This document shows positions 30,162 to 43,730 of a DNA stretch of 64,000 nucleotides, piece by piece (within the stretch, counting starts at the first letter, position 1; the number at the start of each line of letters is the position of its first letter). The notes under the pieces are model-generated. The model was not told the DNA's origin, did no database searches, and was given only the letters and a program-made list of their open reading frames with translations. The translations under genes were made by a program, and so were the position numbers. The stretch is from the NCBI GenBank assembly GCA_965199955.1, contig CBDATQ010000001.1, positions 448,001 to 512,000 of the forward strand, written 5' to 3'. The DNA is from Spirochaetia bacterium. Its GTDB lineage: Bacteria > Spirochaetota > Spirochaetia > SZUA-6 > Bin103.

Positions 30162-31253
30162 ATGCCTGATACTCATCGTCTGATTCAGGTGGGCACCGGC
30201 GGGCGCGGTGTCCCCTGGTGCTCTCAGTTCCTGCCTGCGCACGTGGCCGCCGGCCGCCTGGAGGTGGTGGCGGCGGTGGACGTCAATCCCGATGTGCACG
30301 AGAACGCGCAAAACCATCTCGGGCTGCCTCCCGATCGCTGCTATACCGACCTGGAGCGTGCCTGCGCGGAGAACCCCGCCGACATCTGCACGGTGGTGGT
30401 GCCGCCGGCGTTCCACGAGTCGGTGGTGGACGCCGCGCTGGCGCATGACATGCACGTCATCTCCGAGAAGCCGATCGCCGACACCCTGGAAGCCTCGGTG
30501 CGCATCGCCGACAAGGTGCGGCGTGCCGGCAGGAAGATGGGTGTGACCATGAGCCACCGCTTCGACCAGGACAAGACCACGCTGCGCCGCGAACTCCGCT
30601 CCGGCCGGCCCGGCGCGATCGACTACCTGGTGTGCCGCTTCACCTGCGGCCTGCGCAACTTCGGCGACTGGGGCGCCCGTTTCCGCCACACCATGCAGGA
30701 GACGCTGATGATCGAAGGGTCGGTGCATCACCTGGACATCATCGCCGACCTGGCCGGCTCGAAGTGCGACACCCTCTACGCGCAGACCTGGAATCCGCCG
30801 TGGGGCGAGTACGGCAGCGGTTCGCAGGGCCACGTGATGATGACCTTCGAGAACGGCACGCGCGCCATCTACGAGGGCGCCAAGACCAACGCCTGCGGCT
30901 TCAACGGCTGGACGCGGGAGTACATCCGCGCGGAGTGCGAGCACGAGACGCTGATCATGGATCACCGCCGCATCGAACGGTTTCCCTATTCGCCGAAGCA
31001 CCAGAGCCGCGAGGGGCAGGGGCAGGCGGTGCCGCTGCTGGAGCAGCGGTACTGGAAGGACGCCTGGCTGCTGGAGCAGTTCCTGGACTGGCTGGACGGC
31101 GGTCCGCCGATGGCGACCAACGTGGAGGCCAACCTGCAGTCGGTGGCGCTGATATTCGCTGCCATCGAGAGCAGCCGCATTGGGCAGCCGATCAAGGTCC
31201 AGGAGTTCCTGCAGGCCGCCCGCGCCCGCGAGCGCCACGCCGCCGGGCAATAG
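30162..31253 (+). CDS. Gfo/Idh/MocA family oxidoreductase
   Basis: VGTGG, EKP, HHLD; upstream TTGACA-17 bp-TAGCGT promoter. Confidence 0.9.
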   Translation: MPDTHRLIQVGTGGRGVPWCSQFLPAHVAAGRLEVVAAVDVNPDVHENAQNHLGLPPDRCYTDLERACAENPADICTVVVPPAFHESVVDAALAHDMHVISEKPIADTLEASVRIADKVRRAGRKMGVTMSHRFDQDKTTLRRELRSGRPGAIDYLVCRFTCGLRNFGDWGARFRHTMQETLMIEGSVHHLDIIADLAGSKCDTLYAQTWNPPWGEYGSGSQGHVMMTFENGTRAIYEGAKTNACGFNGWTREYIRAECEHETLIMDHRRIERFPYSPKHQSREGQGQAVPLLEQRYWKDAWLLEQFLDWLDGGPPMATNVEANLQSVALIFAAIESSRIGQPIKVQEFLQAARARERHAAGQ

Positions 31254-31263
31254 CGACGCACCC

Positions 31264-31432
31264 ATGTACGCGCGCGAGGGCCACACGTTCGGCGACACCT
31301 GGTACTTCGTCCGCGGGGAGGAGGCGCATCTCTTCTGCCTGACGAAGCCCGAGGGCAGCTCGCACGGGGTGGGACATCGGCCACCTGGTCAGCCGCGATC
31401 TGCGCACCTGGACGAGACCGGCGTGCACATAA
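31264..31432 (+). pseudogene. N-terminal fragment of a GH32/GH43-like beta-propeller glycosidase
   Basis: Reads MYAREGHTFGDTWY...HLF, then after a 1-bp shift at ~31369 WDIGHLVSRDLRTW, then stops. Confidence 0.6.
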
Positions 31433-31525
31433 CCGTCAGCGGCAGCGGATGACGCCGCACGGCTGAGCCTCAGCGAGAGCTCGGAGGTTGGTAGGACCGC
31501 CGATCGCTGGTACCGTGGTGTGCCC

Positions 31526-32332
31526 ATGACACTCGAACAAATGCGGCAGCGCATGTACGTGGACGGCTGGTGCGTGATCAAGGACGTGATCCCGCCGGCG
31601 GAGATCGACGCCGTCCACGACAGCGTGCTGCGCACGGTCGACACGTACAAGCACACGCGCAAGAACGCTCCGGCAAACATCGGCGCGGTGTCCGGGATGA
31701 TCGTCTACGACCAGTCCTTCGCGCCCTACCTGGCCGAGCCGCGCCTGCTCGGACTGGCCGCGTCGCTGCTCGGGGCCGACCTGCGCATCTCGTTCAACTC
31801 CAGCATCGTCAACTATCCCGGGAACGAGCGCTCCCAGTGGCACGCGGACTGGCCGTTCAATCAGAAGAATGCCGGCCACATTCCCGCGCCGTATCCGGAC
31901 GCGGTGTGCCATCTGACCACCTTGTGGATGCTCACCGACTTCACCGAGGAGAACGGCGGCACGCTCATCGTCTCGGGCAGCCATCGCTCCAGCGACAACC
32001 CCTCCGGCGGCGTCGAGGTGCCGCCGTTCGAGCCGTACCCGACCGAAGTGTGCGTGACTGGCCGGCCGGGGTCCGTGGTGGTGTGCGACAGCCGGCTGTG
32101 GCACGCCGCCGGCGCCAATCGGTCGGCGGCGCCACGCGTCGGGCTGGCGGTGCGCTACGCCCCGTGGTGGCTGAACCTGGAGGTGCTGCGGCCGGGATCG
32201 CCCGACCGCCAGCGGATCCTGGACGCCAATCCCGACCTGACCGAGAACGAGGTGCCGCCGGTGCCCCGTGACGTGTTCGATGGCCTGCCAGCCGCCGTGC
32301 AGCCTCTGTTCCAGCACTGGGTAGCCGCATGA
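31526..32332 (+). CDS. PhyH family Fe(II)/2OG dioxygenase
   Basis: DGW, WHAD, ENGGT..GSH, WHAAG.N, R. Confidence 0.9.
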   Translation: MTLEQMRQRMYVDGWCVIKDVIPPAEIDAVHDSVLRTVDTYKHTRKNAPANIGAVSGMIVYDQSFAPYLAEPRLLGLAASLLGADLRISFNSSIVNYPGNERSQWHADWPFNQKNAGHIPAPYPDAVCHLTTLWMLTDFTEENGGTLIVSGSHRSSDNPSGGVEVPPFEPYPTEVCVTGRPGSVVVCDSRLWHAAGANRSAAPRVGLAVRYAPWWLNLEVLRPGSPDRQRILDANPDLTENEVPPVPRDVFDGLPAAVQPLFQHWVAA

Positions 32333-33081
32333 CCCAGGCGGAGCAGGCCGCGCTCAAGGCCGACTATCGCCGCGACGGCTACGCGGTGGCGCGCGGCTTC
32401 ATGAGCCGGGCGGAGGTGGCGGACATCAACGCCCACATCGACGCGCTCATCGACCGGCTGCCCGAGCTGGACGAGCAGACGGCGTTCTACGAGGTTCCCG
32501 GCGACCGGGAGAGCATCATGCGCCTGCAGTACTTCGGCCGGTACGACCAGGACCTGCAGGACCTCTACCAGAGCGAGCGGATGGTCGGGCTGGCCGCCGA
32601 CCTGCTCGATGACGCCGCGGTCCCGAAGGAGTTGCAGTGGTTCGCCAAGCCGCCGCGCGTGGGCAAGGTGACGCCGCCCCATCAGGACGGCTTCTACTTC
32701 AAGCTGGAGCCGAGCGAGGCGCTGACCTTCTGGATCGCGTTGGACGAGGTGGACGAGGAGAACGGCTGCATCCGCTACCTGCCCGGCTCCCACCTGCGCG
32801 GCTACCGCCCGCACGCGATGTCCAACGTGATGGGCTTCTCGCGCGGCGTCACCGACTACGGGGACGCCGACCTGGCCGCCGAGCACGCGATCATCGCCTC
32901 GCCCGGAGACCTGATCATCCACCACTGCATGATCGTCCACCGCGCCGACCCCAACCCGAGCGATCGGTCGCGCCGCGCCCTGGGACTGGTCTATTACGCG
33001 GGCCGCGCCCGAGTCACCGAGCAGTCCGAGGCGTACGTGGACGAGCTGATCAAGAAGTGGGTCGCCGAGGGCCTCGCCTAA
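32329..33081 (+). CDS. PhyH family Fe(II)/2OG dioxygenase
   Basis: DGY, HQD, WIALD, ENGC, PGSH, HRA.PN.S.RSR. Confidence 0.9.
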   Translation: MTQAEQAALKADYRRDGYAVARGFMSRAEVADINAHIDALIDRLPELDEQTAFYEVPGDRESIMRLQYFGRYDQDLQDLYQSERMVGLAADLLDDAAVPKELQWFAKPPRVGKVTPPHQDGFYFKLEPSEALTFWIALDEVDEENGCIRYLPGSHLRGYRPHAMSNVMGFSRGVTDYGDADLAAEHAIIASPGDLIIHHCMIVHRADPNPSDRSRRALGLVYYAGRARVTEQSEAYVDELIKKWVAEGLA

Positions 33082-33262
33082 GCTCAGCCGGCCGAGGCTC
33101 CGGGCTTCGAAGCGGCGACCGAAGCTCCGGGAACATCATCGGGTTCGTGGTCGGCGCCCCGCTGCTGGTACCGCCTGCCCACGTGGGCTCCGGCCGGGCG
33201 CCCGACGATCGGGGCCGGACCCGGAGCCCACGAGTCCGTGGAGAAAAGTCTCCCGGAGCGGC

Positions 33263-33844
33263 CTATTGCTGGACGAACTCGGCGTCGATCTCGATGCGGA
33301 CTTCCGCGCCGACGATCACGCCGCCGTTGTCCAGGCGGTTGTCCCACGCAACACCGAAGTCGTGTCGGTCGATGGTGGTCTGGCCTTCGATGCCGACCAC
33401 GGTGGCTCCGCCCGGACCCTGGACCGGGCCGACGATCGTGATCGGCAGCTCGATCTGCTGGGTCACGCCGCGGATCGTGAGATCGCCGACCACGACGACG
33501 CCATCCTCACCCATCATGAGGCTGGTGCTGGCGAAGGTGATCGTCGGATGGTTCTCGACGTCGAAGAAGTCGGCGCTGCGCAGGTGGTTGTCGCGCCGGT
33601 CGTTGTTGGTGTCGATGCTGGCGACCTGGATCGTGGCCATCAGCGAGAACGAGCCCATGTTCTCGGCGTCGTAGGTGAAGGAGGCGTCGAAGTCGTTGAA
33701 CGAGCCGGTGGTCTTGGCGACTACCAGGTGGGCGACCCGAAAGCCGACGTTGGTGTGGGCCTGGTCGACCTTGAACTCGGCGGCGAGCGCAACGTGCGCG
33801 AGCACGAAGAACGCCGCCGTGGCGAAGAGGAGCTTGCGAATCAT
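33263..33844 (-). CDS. YceI family periplasmic lipid-binding protein
   Basis: Signal peptide; DQAHT, RDNHLRSADFFD, GDLTIRG. Confidence 0.92.
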   Translation of the reverse strand: MIRKLLFATAAFFVLAHVALAAEFKVDQAHTNVGFRVAHLVVAKTTGSFNDFDASFTYDAENMGSFSLMATIQVASIDTNNDRRDNHLRSADFFDVENHPTITFASTSLMMGEDGVVVVGDLTIRGVTQQIELPITIVGPVQGPGGATVVGIEGQTTIDRHDFGVAWDNRLDNGGVIVGAEVRIEIDAEFVQQ

Positions 33845-33951
33845 GGGTAAGTTCCTTTGGGTGTGATGTACGCTCAGATCCTGAGCGCCGGGGGAAGCCT
33901 GTCATGACACCTTCCCCAAGGTCCGGATAATCCGGACCCGCTGAACGTTAC

Positions 33952-34860
33952 TTATAGGGAACGGAGATTCTTCGTCAAGTGCTCCATCGCCTGCGAGGTC
34001 CGCGTATCGTCGATCGTTCCCCAGCGGCACCAGCAGATCAGCTCGTCCACGCCGTTCGAAGCGAGTTCGGCCATGCGTTTACTCAACGCACGCGGGGTGC
34101 CGACAATCGCGCGCTCCGCGAGGTACGCGGCGACCTGGGCGTCATCCGGCTCGGGCAGGCCCACCAGCCGGTTGCGGCGGCTGAGGGTCCAGCGCGCGGC
34201 GTCGAGCACCTCCTGATCCAGGGCTCCGTCGCGGGTGATCGCCACCAGACGCAGCACGCCGATCCGACCCGTACCGGATGGCTCGTCGCGATAGGCGCGG
34301 ATCAGCTCCCGAAGCTGCGCCCCGCCGCTCAATGCCAGCAGGTCGTATCCCCGCCGTCCGGCCCGGGCCGCCGCCTCCGGCGATCCCGCGGTGACGGCGA
34401 TGCGGGGATGGGCCTGCACCGGCCTGATCCCGTCGGTGGTGCGCCAGTGCTCGACGACGCGGCGGATCCCCTCGTCGTGCAGCCGGTGCCGGTCGTCGAA
34501 GTCGGCGTCGAACGGCGCGTACTCGACCGGAGAGTAGCCGGGGCCGAAGCCGGCGATCACCCGCCCGCGCGAGAGCTGATCGACCGTGGCGATCTCCTCG
34601 GCCAGCCGCACCGGGTGGTGCAGGGGGGTGACGTTCACGGCGTAGCCGATGGCGACGCGACGGGTGCGGACGCCCAGCGCGCCGGCCATCACCGACGGGG
34701 CGGAGCACCAGCCGTAGTCGGAGCCGTGATGCTCGGTGACCCAGACCGCGTCGAACCCCAACTCCTCCGCGCGCGCTCCGTCGGCCAGCGCACGCTCCAC
34801 CACACTGCCAGGCGCCGATCCAGGCGGCGCCGGCATGATCAGGAACAGGCCCAGACGCAT
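33952..34860 (-). CDS. LLM class (luciferase-like) flavin-dependent oxidoreductase
   Basis: AEELGFDAVWVTEHH, HPVRLAEEIATVDQLSRGR. Confidence 0.9.
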   Translation of the reverse strand: MRLGLFLIMPAPPGSAPGSVVERALADGARAEELGFDAVWVTEHHGSDYGWCSAPSVMAGALGVRTRRVAIGYAVNVTPLHHPVRLAEEIATVDQLSRGRVIAGFGPGYSPVEYAPFDADFDDRHRLHDEGIRRVVEHWRTTDGIRPVQAHPRIAVTAGSPEAAARAGRRGYDLLALSGGAQLRELIRAYRDEPSGTGRIGVLRLVAITRDGALDQEVLDAARWTLSRRNRLVGLPEPDDAQVAAYLAERAIVGTPRALSKRMAELASNGVDELICWCRWGTIDDTRTSQAMEHLTKNLRSL

Positions 34861-34876
34861 CGATTGCCGGGACTGG

Positions 34877-35803
34877 TCAGTGGTAGTAGGGCTCGCGCAG
34901 CAGTGTCGCCTTGAGCGGATCCGACGCCGTCCGCTCGCGTACCGCCGCCGAGGGGGTGCAGTCGGGCCAGTCCAGCAGGTAGGACGGCCCGTACTGGTAG
35001 AGCAGCCAGCGCTTGCTCTCCGCCCGCGGGGCGGTGAGCGCGTGCGACAGGCCCTCCGTATACAGCAGCGCCTCGCCGGCGGCGAGCGGCAGCGGCCGCA
35101 GGACCGGCAGGTCTTCGGCGGTCCGGTCCGCGTAGGGATGGGCGAAGTTGGCTTTGTGGCTGGCCGGGATCACCCCGATGGCGCCGTCGCCGGCGGGCGT
35201 GTCGTCAAGGGCGATCAGCACCGATACCAGCAGGCAGCGGAACTCGCCCTCCACGAATGCCCGGTAGCGGCCGAAGCGGCGCGGATCGGCGCGGCCCCCT
35301 TGCGTGACGCGGCCGCTCACGCCGGTCCGGCGGACCAGCGCGCGGGAGGAGATCAGCCGCACCTGCTCGCCCCAGACGAGCTCCACCATGCGCGCGTGCA
35401 GGTCGGGGCGGGCGAACACCTCGCCCAGCGTGCCGCCGAGCTCGATGACGTTGCGCAGCTCCAGCTCCAGTCCGTTGCCGGCCGCGGTGACGCCGGCCGG
35501 CAGGGCGCCGGGATCGGCGATGGCGGCGCGCGCCTCGGCCAGCTCGTCAGGGTCGAGCAGCGTGCCGAGCGGCAGGTAGCCGGCGAGGTCGAAGCGGAAG
35601 CGCTCGACCTCGGTGAGTAGCCGCTGGCCGGTGCCGGTCTGGTGCATGGAGCTGTTGCTGGCGGTGCGGCGCGCGGGCGGAGCGGGTTCGCCCGCCGGTG
35701 CGGGAGGAGCCGCGGGCGCCTCCGGTTCGGCAGGTTCGCCGGGAGCGGCGTCGATCCCGCCTGTGCGTTGCGGCAGCTTCAACCGCTGCTCGTCACCATT
35801 CAC
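34877..35803 (-). CDS. PhyH-like protein with degenerate iron motif
   Basis: FDLAGY, ALDD, PASHK, E.LSH; first His replaced (TQGG). Confidence 0.75.
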   Translation of the reverse strand: MNGDEQRLKLPQRTGGIDAAPGEPAEPEAPAAPPAPAGEPAPPARRTASNSSMHQTGTGQRLLTEVERFRFDLAGYLPLGTLLDPDELAEARAAIADPGALPAGVTAAGNGLELELRNVIELGGTLGEVFARPDLHARMVELVWGEQVRLISSRALVRRTGVSGRVTQGGRADPRRFGRYRAFVEGEFRCLLVSVLIALDDTPAGDGAIGVIPASHKANFAHPYADRTAEDLPVLRPLPLAAGEALLYTEGLSHALTAPRAESKRWLLYQYGPSYLLDWPDCTPSAAVRERTASDPLKATLLREPYYH

Positions 35804-36612
35804 GAGACGGGTACCGGCTCCTGGCTATAGGTGGTCTGCACGCCGTACGGGGCGGGGCCGCGCACCAGCTCCAGCTGGCGCGGCGTGGCCCGCTCTTCGA
35901 AGCCGGGCGCGGTCACCGTCTGATCGTTCCAGGCGGAGTGGAACGCCGGCGCGTAGGAAATGAAGATCGTGCGGCGCACCCGGTCGCTGCGGTTCACCAG
36001 CGCCCCGTGCGTGAGATCCTCCGAGAACAGCACCGCGTCGCCGGCCTGCACCGTGATCGGCTCGACCAGCGGGTCGGCGGCGTCGGGCAGCCGCAGGTGT
36101 CCGGGAGTGGCGAAGTTGCTCTTGTGGCTGCCCGGCATCACGACGAACGGCCCGTTGTCCGGGCCCACGTCGGTGAGGGCATAACCGATCTTGACGCTTA
36201 CGCACTCGAAGCGGTCGCGGTTCAGCGCGTACTCGCTGTAGGCAAGGAGCTCCGCGTAGCCGTGATGGAGGACGCTGCCGCGGCCTGAGGTCCTGGACAT
36301 GAAGTGCATGGCGTCCAGGCGGGTCGGGCCGCCGACCATCTCCTCGACCAGCGGCACCGTGGCCGGCACGTCGATGAGCGACTCGAAGATCCCCCCGTAC
36401 GGCAGCAGGTGGCTGGTGTACTCCAGGTTGCCGTACGGGTCGCGGTCGCCGCGCGTCTGGCGGATCGCGCCGGCCGCGTTCGCCTCCTCGCTGCTCATCG
36501 CATCGATCAGGTCCAGCTCGACGTTCAGCGCCTGGACCAGGTCGGCCGGCAGCGCTTCGCGGACCGTCAGATAGCCGTTGAGGTCGAACAGATAGCGCTG
36601 CTCATCCGTCAT
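35800..36612 (-). CDS. PhyH family dioxygenase
   Basis: FDLNGY, LHHG, PGSHK, EDLTHG, RR. Confidence 0.85.
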   Translation of the reverse strand: MTDEQRYLFDLNGYLTVREALPADLVQALNVELDLIDAMSSEEANAAGAIRQTRGDRDPYGNLEYTSHLLPYGGIFESLIDVPATVPLVEEMVGGPTRLDAMHFMSRTSGRGSVLHHGYAELLAYSEYALNRDRFECVSVKIGYALTDVGPDNGPFVVMPGSHKSNFATPGHLRLPDAADPLVEPITVQAGDAVLFSEDLTHGALVNRSDRVRRTIFISYAPAFHSAWNDQTVTAPGFEERATPRQLELVRGPAPYGVQTTYSQEPVPVS

Positions 36613-36662
36613 CCCGCTACCTTAGCACGGCGATCTCGGGTACCGTCGCGGACACCGTCGCC

Positions 36663-37750
<1,088 letters not shown>

Positions 37751-37754
<4 letters not shown>

Positions 37755-38593
37755 CGGTCGCTGCGGCGTTCCGCACAGGCGCCACCGAGCTGGCCGCCGC
37801 GCCCACCGACACGCCGGCGCTGGAAGCCGCGGTGCTGCTGGCCGACGCGCTCGGCGTGAGCAAGGAGCGCCTGTTCGCGCGGATGGGCGATTCGATCGGG
37901 GCACGCGGCATGGCCAGCTTCCGGCGGTCACTGTCGCTCCGCCGAGCCGCGGTGCCGGTGGCCTACATCCGCGGCGCCAAGGAGTTCTACGGCCACACCT
38001 TCAGCGTCGACCGGCGCGTGCTGATCCCGCGTCCCGACACCGAGTGCCTGGTCGAGGCGGCGCTGGCGGCGGTCGCCGCCGACCCGTCGCTGCGGCGGGT
38101 GCACGACGTGGGCACCGGCTCCGGCTGCATCGCGATCGCGCTCAAGGCGGCGCGTCCCGAGGTGGCGGTGTCGGTGTCGGATGCCGACGCCGCCTGCCTG
38201 GAGGTGTGCCGCGTCAACCAGCGGCGGCTGCTCGGCCGGGAGTGCCTGCACGCGCGGGTGGCAGATCTGCTGGCCGGGGTGCCGGGGCCGCTGGACATGA
38301 TCGTCGCCAACCCGCCGTATCTTGACGCGACCGCTTGCGCGCGGATGGCCGGGAGGGGATGGCCGGAGCCGATGGGGGCGTTGCGGGGCGGCGAGCACGG
38401 CGCCGAGGTGACCCTGCGGCTGATCGCGCAGGCGGGTGGCCGGCTGCGCGTCGGCGGCTACCTGTTCCTGGAGACTGCCCCGGAGCATGTCGAGCGGCTC
38501 GAGGCGGCGCTGACGGCCACCGGCTTCGCGGAGCCGACCGTGCATCGCGACCTGGCCGGCCGGCCCCGGGTGGTGGGAGCCCGCCGGAGATGA
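37751..38593 (+). CDS. prmC: Release factor glutamine methyltransferase
   Basis: [19 protein letters not shown]; follows prfA. Confidence 0.95.
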
Positions 38594-40561
38594 GCGGCGC
38601 GGGGGTGCGTGCCGACTCGCTGATTCTTGCCCCCGAGGAGCTGGTCCGCTACCAGCCGGACGAGGCGCACCGCATCCAGGGGGCGGTCGAGCTGGCGGCC
38701 GCGGCGCACGACGGACAGGTTCGCGCCAGCGGCGAGCCCTACCTCGTCCACCCGCTCAGCGTGGGCCGCATTCTGATCGACACGCAGATGGACGCCGACG
38801 CCGTGTGCGCCGGCCTGCTGCACGACGCGATCGAGGACACCGGGGTGGGCGAGGACGAGTTGCGCGAGCGCTTCGGCACGGAGGTCGCCGAGCTGGTGCA
38901 GGGCGTCACCAAGATCTCGCAGCTCCGCGGCCAGAGCCGCACGGTGCAGAAGGCGGAGACGATCCTGAAGATCCTGCTGGCGATGACCCGCGACGTGCGC
39001 GTCATCATCATCAAGCTGGCCGACAAGCTGCACAACATGCGTACGCTCGAGTTCCTGGATCCGGAGCGGCGCAAGCGGATCGCCGAGGAGTGCCTGGAGA
39101 TCTACAGCCCGCTGGCCGGCCGGCTGGGCATGTACCGCATCAAGTCGCAGTTGGAGGACGAGGCGCTGCGCGTGCTGCAGCCCGCCGTCTACGAGCAGCT
39201 CCGCCAGTTCGTGACTCAGCGGCGGGAAGACCGCCAGGAATACCTGCTGCGCATCCGCGACCGGCTGATCGAGCGGGCGGCCGCAGGCGGCCTGGACCTG
39301 GAGGTGCAGAGCCGCGCCAAGCACTTTTACTCCATCTATCGCAAGCAGCGGGACAAGGGCAAGGCGATCGACGAGATCCACGACCTGTTCGGGATGCGGG
39401 TGCTGTGCGCCAACCAGGGGCAGTGCTACGAGGTGCTCGGGCTGATCCACAGCCTGTGGCCGCCGATGGAAGGGCGCTTCAAGGACTACATCGCCATGCC
39501 CAAGTCCAACGGCTACCAGAGCCTGCACACCACGGTGATGGGCCCGCAGGGGCGCGTCGTGGACGTGCAGATCCGCACGCGCGAGATGGACCGTACCGCC
39601 GACAACGGCGTGGCCGCGCACTGGGTGTACAAGCAGCGCCAGCGCCGCAGCGCGGAGCCTTCGATCATCGCCAAGCTGCGCGAGTGGGAGGCGCCGGGCG
39701 ACACACCGGTGACCCCCGATCCGCAGACGCCGGTGTTCTTCGAGCAGCTCAAGCGCGAGATCCTGAGCGACTCCATCTACGTGTTCACGCCGCGCGGCGA
39801 CGTGATCGAGCTGCCGCGCGGCGCCACGCCGATCGACTTCGCCTACCACATCCACACCGAGGTCGGGCACCGCTGCCGCGGCGCCAAGGCGGACGGGGCG
39901 ATCGTCCCGCTCGGCTCGGAGTTGCGCAACACGCAGGTGGTGGAGATCCTCACCGCCTCGAACGCCCGTCCCAACCTGCGCTGGCTGCAGTTCGCGCGCA
40001 CCTCGCGGGCGCGCACCAAGATCAGGCAGTGGCTGACGCAGAACGATCCGGACCTGATCCTGGACCGGTCGATCGTGGCGAAGAAATCTGCCGCCGAGGC
40101 GGCGGGCGCCGAGGAAGCGGCCGGCACCAAGTCGCCCCCCAGGCGGCGCAGCCGCTCCGCCGATCAACTTCGCGCGCTGCTGCTCGCCCGCGTCCGGCGA
40201 TCCGATCGTCGGCTACGTGTCGCGCGGCAAGGGGATCACCGTGCACCGCACCGACTGCAGCAACATGCTGGCGATCCGCGACCTGGACGAACGCCGCATC
40301 GACGTCGCCTGGGAGTCCACCTCGCCCAAGCAGACCTTCAGCTTCCGCATCGTCGCCGGCGAGAGCGCCCACCTGTTCTCGGAGATCGAGAGCGGGCTGC
40401 GCAAGATCGGCGGCCACCTGATCGCGGGCAAGGTGGAGGAGGGGGAGGAGGCGACCCGGCGCGGGATGTTCACCGTGGAGGTGGAGCCCGGCACCGACCG
40501 TGCCGCGGTGATCAAGAACATCAACGCGATTCCGACCGTGCACCGGATCGAGGTGGCCTGA
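38590..40561 (+). CDS. relA: RelA/SpoT (Rel) (p)ppGpp synthetase/hydrolase; apparent frameshift in the C6 run 40135-40140
   Basis: HD domain (LLHD), KDYIAMPK.NGYQSLH and TGS (DFAY.IH). Removing one C restores FARCCSP..GDPIVGY and an ACT-like end. Confidence 0.9.
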
Positions 40562-40569
40562 ACGGCGGC

Positions 40570-41020
40570 ATGGCACGGCAGCTCCTGATCGACTCGCCGG
40601 TGTTCGGGACGATCGTCGTCACCGTCGACGATGACGGCGCGGTGAGCCGGGTCAGCTTCAGCGACGAGCCGGCAGGCGGGGCGGGGAGCAACGGCCGGCA
40701 CGCCGGCGAGCCCATGAGCGACATCGAGCGCGAGATCCATCTCTATCTGGCCGGCGAGCCGATAGCCTTCCGCCTGCCTTATCGCGCGGCCGGCACGCCC
40801 TTCCAGCAGGCGGTCTGGGAGCAGTTGCGGGCGATCCCCTACGGCACCACCGCAACCTACGGACAGATCGCCGCCCGCCTCGGAAAGCCGGGCGCGGCGC
40901 GCGCGGTCGGCGGCGCCTGCGGCGCCAACCCGGTGCCGCTGATCGTCCCCTGCCACCGCGCGGTCGCCGCGAACGGCAGCCTGGGAGGGTTCACCAGCGG
41001 CGTGTGGCGCAAGCGGCTGC

Positions 41021-41046
<26 letters not shown>
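40570..41046 (+). CDS. ogt: Methylated-DNA-protein-cysteine methyltransferase
   Basis: GTPFQ..VW, IPYG, ARAVG, VPCHR. Confidence 0.93.
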
Positions 41047-43286
<2,240 letters not shown>

Positions 43287-43290
<4 letters not shown>

Positions 43291-43592
43291 GTCTGCTCCA
43301 CCGAGCAGCGCAGCGGAAAGCCGCGCTCACGCGCCATGCGGTGCACGGCGCTCGCCTTCGACTCCGCGATCTGCTCCGGGTACTCGCCGCAGACGCCGAC
43401 GCCGCGCCGGTGGATCTGCAGCATGATCGCGGTCGCCTCCGAAGGGTTCTTGAAGAAGATCCGTTCCAGCACGGCGACCACGAAGTCCATGGTCGTGTAG
43501 TCGTCGTTGTGCATGAGCACGCGAAAGGGTGGCAGCGTGTCGATCTCCGCGGCGAGCTCGGAGTCGGCCTCCCTGAGCGGATCGTCGTGCAT
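43287..43592 (-). CDS. clpS: Clp protease adaptor
   Basis: HNDDYTTMDFV, IMLQIH..G, FPL. Confidence 0.95.
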
Positions 43593-43730
43593 GGTCGGAA
43601 ACCCGGACGAAGATAGCCGCGCCGCGATCGGACGGTCAAAGGGTGGAAGACGGGACGCTACGGGAGCCGGCGCCGCACGCCGTTGGCTCGGACGGCTGCG
43701 ACACGATAGTGTCGGTGCTCAGGCTCCTTC

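Noticed and set aside
33182..33232. GC hairpin cgtgggctccgg...ccggagcccacg as an ncRNA
   Set aside because: It lies between convergent genes and is most simply a terminator-like hairpin.
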